From the NCBI GenBank assembly GCA_963718615.1, contig OY970368.1, positions 2,080,001 through 2,144,000 of the forward strand: a stretch of 64,000 bases of DNA. Reading direction: 5' to 3'. Positions 59,204-64,000 of this stretch are shown here, one piece after another. Positions within the stretch are counted from its first letter, which is position 1, and every line of letters begins with the position of its first letter. Source of the DNA: an uncultured cyanobacterium. Lineage in GTDB: Bacteria > Cyanobacteriota > Cyanobacteriia > PCC-9006 > JAAUQQ01. Both the position numbers and the translations under genes were made by a program. Under the pieces are notes generated by a model. It saw nothing but the letters and a program-made list of their open reading frames with translations, did not search any database and was not told the origin of the DNA.

Positions 59204-61306
59204 TTACCTTGCAAGAAAACTAGATAATTTGCCTATTGTAGGAACACACTCAATCTCTCGAATTCTTTGATAGCCTGCTCTTCTAATTTCTTCGGCCTTT
59301 CGTTGTCCCGAAGAAGATTTTAGTAACCATTCAACTACTTCGCCCATCTCCTCCAGTGGACAGGAAACAAAATGTATATTCGGCTCCAACCCCGGAACAT
59401 CGTGACAAGGCTCCGTCACCACCAACGTGTTTTGCCACAACCCATGAAACACGATCCGATGCCACTCGAAATAGGGCAACTCATCCCTATGGACATTTAA
59501 TAAAATTTTGCTACGCCGACTCAGGCCAATCACCGCATCCGTATTCAATGCCTGCCCCTGCCCCTGAATAAACGGATCCCCCATGGGCGGAATATGCAAA
59601 AAGCAGCGGTACTGATGCAGCCAGGAAGCGCTTTTAGCAAAAAACTGCTCCCGCCGAGGATTCAACGTCCCCACAAAATGAAGATCAATCGGACGCTCCG
59701 ACAGCGGTGCATCAATCGCCGGACGCTGCCGCCGCACCTGCGGACTCAAACTGCGCAGCGCCAACAAATCCGGCAACGCCTCCGACCCCACAAACGGCTG
59801 ATAATCCTCCAAATACCCCAACGGCAACCACTGAGCAGGCAACCCCAACTCCCGCAAAATCGCCGCCGATTTGACATTAATATCCAAAATCAGCTGCGCC
59901 TTGCGCAAAAAGTGAAACGCCTTCGAGAACCAAGTCGTCTGGGGCTGCTCCACATTCACCATGATCGCCCCGGCCCACCAGTCCTTTTGACCCGCCCGCT
60001 GCAAGCCCTCACCCAAATAGAAAAACTCATGGGGTGCCACAATGATATGGCCATCGAGATAATCCGGCGGAGCATCCTGTTCACTCAACCGCATCGCCTG
60101 ATGTCCACAGCGCTCCAACGCCGCCGCAATCAAATCGGCAATCTCCCCAATGAAATAATTGCCCATCGAACTGCAATACACGCCGAAGGTTTGGGTTTGT
60201 GCCGTTGCGTTCTGCGCCGGACGAACGCGGTTCGTCCCTACGGGATGATCCTGGATGCAGGCTAAATAATCTGCATCGGAAGGCGTCGGTTCATACAACA
60301 GGTGGGCAAACTGCTGCGCCGAAAACGCAACCCGACCCTCCCTCGCCCCAACAGCCAAATAATGCTCCAGCGGGCAAACCCCCGTTGCTGCCACATCCGG
60401 ATTCTCATCCAGATATAATGCATGACTGAAAAACCCATGGGGAGAATGGGCCTGCGATCGCCCAAACCCATAATAATGGGCCAACGGATTCACCCCCAGC
60501 TCAGCCGCTTCCCGCGCTTGGTTCAGATAGTATCCACCATCAAACAACGGATTCGGACGATAGCCCCGCCCCGCACCAACCGTTAGGTAGTGATCCAGCA
60601 ACCGTTCCGACGAAGGGTCTTCGATCTCAACAGCATTCGCCAGCCGATAATAGTCCGGATCAAACAAATGGGTCATGGCCAATAGCCGCTTCACCAACGC
60701 CAGATCCAACAACTGCTTCGCATCCGTCAGCCTCGGTTCATCTGCCCCCAACCCAACCGCCGCCCGCGCCAACCACGCCTCAGCTTGGGTCGAGTCCCTG
60801 GGAGCCAGCAACTGCGCCAACATCAACGCCGACGCCCGATCGCCCGGTTGAATTTGCAATGCCATTTGGTAGGAGGCGATCGCCTCCTCAAACTTTCCCC
60901 GCCTGATCCGCTCCTCGGCCAGCTCCTGATAGAGCGCCACATCCCGAGGATTTTCACGAATCAACTGTTCCAAAGACTCACTCAGTTTCGCCCCCACCGG
61001 CTCCATCTCTGGGTCTAGGGTTTGGGCCTGCCGATAGGCCCCTCGCGCCGCCGCCCACCGCTGTTGCCCAGCAAACGCCATCCCCAAACTATAGTGAGAC
61101 CAAGCAAACTCCGGGTTCAGCTCAACCGCTCGCTGCAAAGCTTCCGCCGCTCCCGTCCAATCCTCCAACTCCAGCAAAACATTGCCTAAATTGTGGTGCG
61201 ACCAAGAAAACTCCGGATTGAGGGCGATCGCCTCTCGATAAGCCGCCGCCGCCTCTTCCCAATTTCCTTGCTGCCGCAACTCCTCCCCCCGAACATGCCA
61301 CTGCAT
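59204..61306 (-). CDS. TPR + FD..YY/PL.HY repeats + glycosyltransferase-like C-terminus; start uncertain
   Basis: TPRs (NPEFSWSHHNLG), FVGTLNPRRE..SKILLNVH..FEWHR; first plausible ATG at 61306, frame open upstream. Confidence 0.78.
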   Translation of the reverse strand: MQWHVRGEELRQQGNWEEAAAAYREAIALNPEFSWSHHNLGNVLLELEDWTGAAEALQRAVELNPEFAWSHYSLGMAFAGQQRWAAARGAYRQAQTLDPEMEPVGAKLSESLEQLIRENPRDVALYQELAEERIRRGKFEEAIASYQMALQIQPGDRASALMLAQLLAPRDSTQAEAWLARAAVGLGADEPRLTDAKQLLDLALVKRLLAMTHLFDPDYYRLANAVEIEDPSSERLLDHYLTVGAGRGYRPNPLFDGGYYLNQAREAAELGVNPLAHYYGFGRSQAHSPHGFFSHALYLDENPDVAATGVCPLEHYLAVGAREGRVAFSAQQFAHLLYEPTPSDADYLACIQDHPVGTNRVRPAQNATAQTQTFGVYCSSMGNYFIGEIADLIAAALERCGHQAMRLSEQDAPPDYLDGHIIVAPHEFFYLGEGLQRAGQKDWWAGAIMVNVEQPQTTWFSKAFHFLRKAQLILDINVKSAAILRELGLPAQWLPLGYLEDYQPFVGSEALPDLLALRSLSPQVRRQRPAIDAPLSERPIDLHFVGTLNPRREQFFAKSASWLHQYRCFLHIPPMGDPFIQGQGQALNTDAVIGLSRRSKILLNVHRDELPYFEWHRIVFHGLWQNTLVVTEPCHDVPGLEPNIHFVSCPLEEMGEVVEWLLKSSSGQRKAEEIRRAGYQRIREIECVPTIGKLSSFLAR

Positions 61307-61371
61307 CGCCTCTCGCACCGCCGGATCCGCAGACCCTTGACCTTGCTCAGCAACTTCAGCGACCGCCGGGG

Positions 61372-63204
61372 TTATGACTTTTTTGCAACCGTCGCCCCCT
61401 GCCCCTGCCCCTGCACTTCCAACGCCTTGCGATAGGCCACCAACGCCCCCGCCTGATCCCCCTGGGTCTCCAACACCCGACCGAGGTATTCGTAGGCGAT
61501 CGCCATCTTCGGCTGCAACCGCACCGCCTGCCGAAAACAAACCTTCGCCGAATCCAACTGCCCCTGCTTCACCAACGCATTCGCCAAATTGAAATACTGC
61601 TCCGCCGAAGCCCAACTCGGCTCCCGCTTAAACGCCTCAAACCAAGCCAACGCCGCCGCCTCCCGCCGGTTCGCCTGGGTCAACGCCCGCGCCAACTCCC
61701 GATATACCGCCGGTTGTTCCGGATTCAACCGCAACGACTGCTGATAATATTCGATCGCCCGCGCCCAATTCTTCTCCTCCGCCTGCAACTGACCCGAGCG
61801 CGCATAGTTCTCCGCCGATTGCAAAGCCTCCGACCCCGTAGGCTGCAACACCTGGTCCCGCCGTACCCCCTCCGCCGAAGCATCCGTCGGACGATTGGAA
61901 CGCGATCGCAACTGTTTCGACTCCTGCAACAACTTCTGGAGCAACTGATGGCCATTGGGAATCGTCTGCACCGGATTCACCGCTTCGTTCTTCGGGGTTG
62001 TTTGGGCGATCGCGCCCTCCGGATTGATCGAAATTCCCGCCTCCAACACCTTGCGATAATAGAGCGTCGCCGCCTGCCAATCCCCCTGCTTCTCCAGCAA
62101 ATCCGCCAAGGGCCGATAGGCCGCCACAAAACTGCTGTCCACCTCGATCGCCCGACGGTAGCTGGCGATCGCCTTCACCTCCTCCCCTTCCTTCAACCAG
62201 AAATTCGCCACCCGGAAATGTTCCGCCGCCGTCCCCGCCTCCGGCGATAGCACCAACGCCTGGGCCAAGGCATCCGCCGCTGCATCGGTTTTCCCCAAAA
62301 CCTCTAGAATCTTAGCCATGGGTCGATAAAACTCAGAACAGGGGCGGAGATTGATCGCCTTTTGATAGTAAAGCGCCGCATCGTCCCATTCCTGCTGCCG
62401 CGCGTAGAGACTGCCCAGATTGGCATACACCTCCGGAAACCGAGGATTCGCCAACAGTGCCCGCGCATAGTGCGCCATGGAATCAATCCCGTGGCCCATC
62501 TCCTGCAAAATATTGCCAATCAACTTGTGAGCCTCCGCCACATCCGGCGCGACCGCCAGGGCTTCCTCACAGGCGGCGATCGCCTTCTCCCACTGCTCCT
62601 GCTTCATGTAAGCCTTGGCCTGACGGATAAACACCGTCATCGCCTCCCCTTCCAGCCCCGACTCTTCCACCGCTAGGGTTCCGGTTCCCTGGGGCAAAAC
62701 CGTGATCGGCGTCGCTACAGATAGCTCTGCCTCATCGCTAGGAATGCTATCTGAGTGGATATTCTCTGGATGGGCATGATCTGGATGGGTACTCTCTTGT
62801 TGTGCCACTGCACCAGAAAGGGGTGCGTCAGAACGTGATGTACCAGAAAGTGGGCCTGAAAAGAAAGCTTGATTCATCGAATTTGCTATCGAATTTGCGG
62901 TTGTTTCCACGACTGTTTGCCCTTGAGCAATCTCATCCTCTGGAACAGGGGCTTCTCCCGGAATAGGGTCTTCTCCCTGAACAGGTTCTTCTTCTTGAAC
63001 CCGCTCCAAATCCTCAGCCGGAGCCTCATCTGCTGGGGGAGATTGAAGCTGAGCTGCGATTAAATCCAGTTCCTCCGAATCCACAATCGAAGCAATTGAG
63101 TCAGAGTCCAACGTCGTTGCAGTCGTTTCTGCGGTGACTGAATTGACCGAATTGCCTGAATTGAAATCCGAATGTCCGAGTCCCTTAAAAAAATTCACAA
63201 ACAC
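61372..63204 (-). CDS. TPR protein with acidic low-complexity N-terminus
   Basis: Multiple canonical TPRs (AEAHKLIGN, EVYANLGSLY). Confidence 0.85.
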   Translation of the reverse strand: MFVNFFKGLGHSDFNSGNSVNSVTAETTATTLDSDSIASIVDSEELDLIAAQLQSPPADEAPAEDLERVQEEEPVQGEDPIPGEAPVPEDEIAQGQTVVETTANSIANSMNQAFFSGPLSGTSRSDAPLSGAVAQQESTHPDHAHPENIHSDSIPSDEAELSVATPITVLPQGTGTLAVEESGLEGEAMTVFIRQAKAYMKQEQWEKAIAACEEALAVAPDVAEAHKLIGNILQEMGHGIDSMAHYARALLANPRFPEVYANLGSLYARQQEWDDAALYYQKAINLRPCSEFYRPMAKILEVLGKTDAAADALAQALVLSPEAGTAAEHFRVANFWLKEGEEVKAIASYRRAIEVDSSFVAAYRPLADLLEKQGDWQAATLYYRKVLEAGISINPEGAIAQTTPKNEAVNPVQTIPNGHQLLQKLLQESKQLRSRSNRPTDASAEGVRRDQVLQPTGSEALQSAENYARSGQLQAEEKNWARAIEYYQQSLRLNPEQPAVYRELARALTQANRREAAALAWFEAFKREPSWASAEQYFNLANALVKQGQLDSAKVCFRQAVRLQPKMAIAYEYLGRVLETQGDQAGALVAYRKALEVQGQGQGATVAKKS

Positions 63205-63656
63205 TATTTAACCTCTATTAAAAAGGTCATTAAAACTATTGATTTCCTATAACAGCCCTAGGGTTATCTAAGGCGATCGCAAACATAACGTTGCGCTAGA
63301 TCTGGCTAGACCTGTACTAGATCTGTGCACAGAACCAGAGCACTGGTAGATAGCTAAAATGCCTTCACGACTGCCGACTAGGAGCAGTCCCTAACGCTTC
63401 AGGCTGTTTGAGCGTTGTTGAATTTTGATTGGTTTTCTCGTTGCCGACAGCTCTGGACAAACTGCCTAGCCCACTGACTGTGTGAAATATCATACCGCTA
63501 AACCCTTAAAAGTTCCATAAATTTCCCATCGGTTTTATTCAATTTTTGTTCTTTAGTCTGGTCTTCAACAGGAGATACAAATCATTCTTCTGTCGCGGTT
63601 CAATCCCATCCGTATAAAACCTGACTTTTTGTTCCCTACAAAATCTGACTTTCTGG

Positions 63657-63682
63657 GGGACAGGGCACCGCCCTGTCCCTAC
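63657..63682 (-). repeat. GTAG-headed REP-like hairpin at end of permease gene
   Basis: GTAGGGACAGGGC-GGT-GCCCTGTCCC on minus strand, 10-bp perfect stem overlapping the stop codon. Confidence 0.55.
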
Positions 63683-64000
63683 TCTTGGCGGATGGCCGCT
63701 GAAATATTCATTTGGCTCAGCCGTAGCGCGGGGTAAAGACCCGCCAGCAGCGCAGCCACCAAAGCGACCAACCAAGCCTGCCAAAAATACTGAGGCAAAA
63801 TCACCATCCGCAACGTCCAGCCAAAGGAGCGCACATTAATCACATAGACCAAAATCCAAGCCAAGGCATACCCCAGGGGCATGGCAAACACCCCCGCCAG
63901 TGTCCCCATCAGCCCCGTTTCCAGCAGCGTCAGGCGACGCAATTGCCCCGGTGTCATCCCCAAGGCCCGCAGCGTTCCCAGTTCGCGGGTGCGCTCCAGT
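63679..64000 (-). CDS. FtsX-like ABC permease, C-terminal part
   Basis: ERTRELGTLRALGMTP..LLETGLMG..AGLYPALR; 5' end outside window. Confidence 0.88.
   Translation of the reverse strand, partial: LERTRELGTLRALGMTPGQLRRLTLLETGLMGTLAGVFAMPLGYALAWILVYVINVRSFGWTLRMVILPQYFWQAWLVALVAALLAGLYPALRLSQMNISAAIRQE

Larger units (their letters stand above)
1..64000. repeat. HIP1 octamer GCGATCGC dispersed through the window
   Basis: Dozens of copies seen; scarce in the IS elements and in 49.2-59.3 kb. Confidence 0.9.

Noticed and set aside
61307-61615. Gly-rich N-terminus of the 803-aa ORF
   Set aside because: Upstream of ~61384 it is an alternative-frame reading of the G-rich TPR gene.

Overview
Cyanobacterial chromosome segment (dense HIP1 GCGATCGC sites) in three parts. 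(1) 1-19 kb is a low-oxygen/sulfide cluster: a divergent 'rogue' psbA missing from the ORF track, petC, sqr, an ArsR regulator, a Tll0287-like heme protein, bchE fused to a pseudo-receiver domain, and a microaerobic D1'-type psbA. A shared 16-bp motif lies upstream of several of these genes. Zn ABC genes and phosphoketolase-phosphatase-ackA follow. (2) 19.2-21.4 kb holds a WYL regulator truncated by an IS3 element. (3) 21.5-64 kb is a surface-glycan locus. Its left 30 kb is an array with seven direct copies of a 240-410 bp 'leader' (octamer hairpin plus the first codons of a TPR-glycosyltransferase gene). Four leaders head full-length TPR-GT32 genes, one of them IS1-interrupted. Three are truncated stubs, each followed by an opposite-strand toxin-antitoxin-like cassette and then a fresh leader. 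Uma2, Rpn and XisHI genes are interspersed. No recombinase, reverse transcriptase, CRISPR array or RNA gene was found. Family names come from motif recognition, not from database searches.
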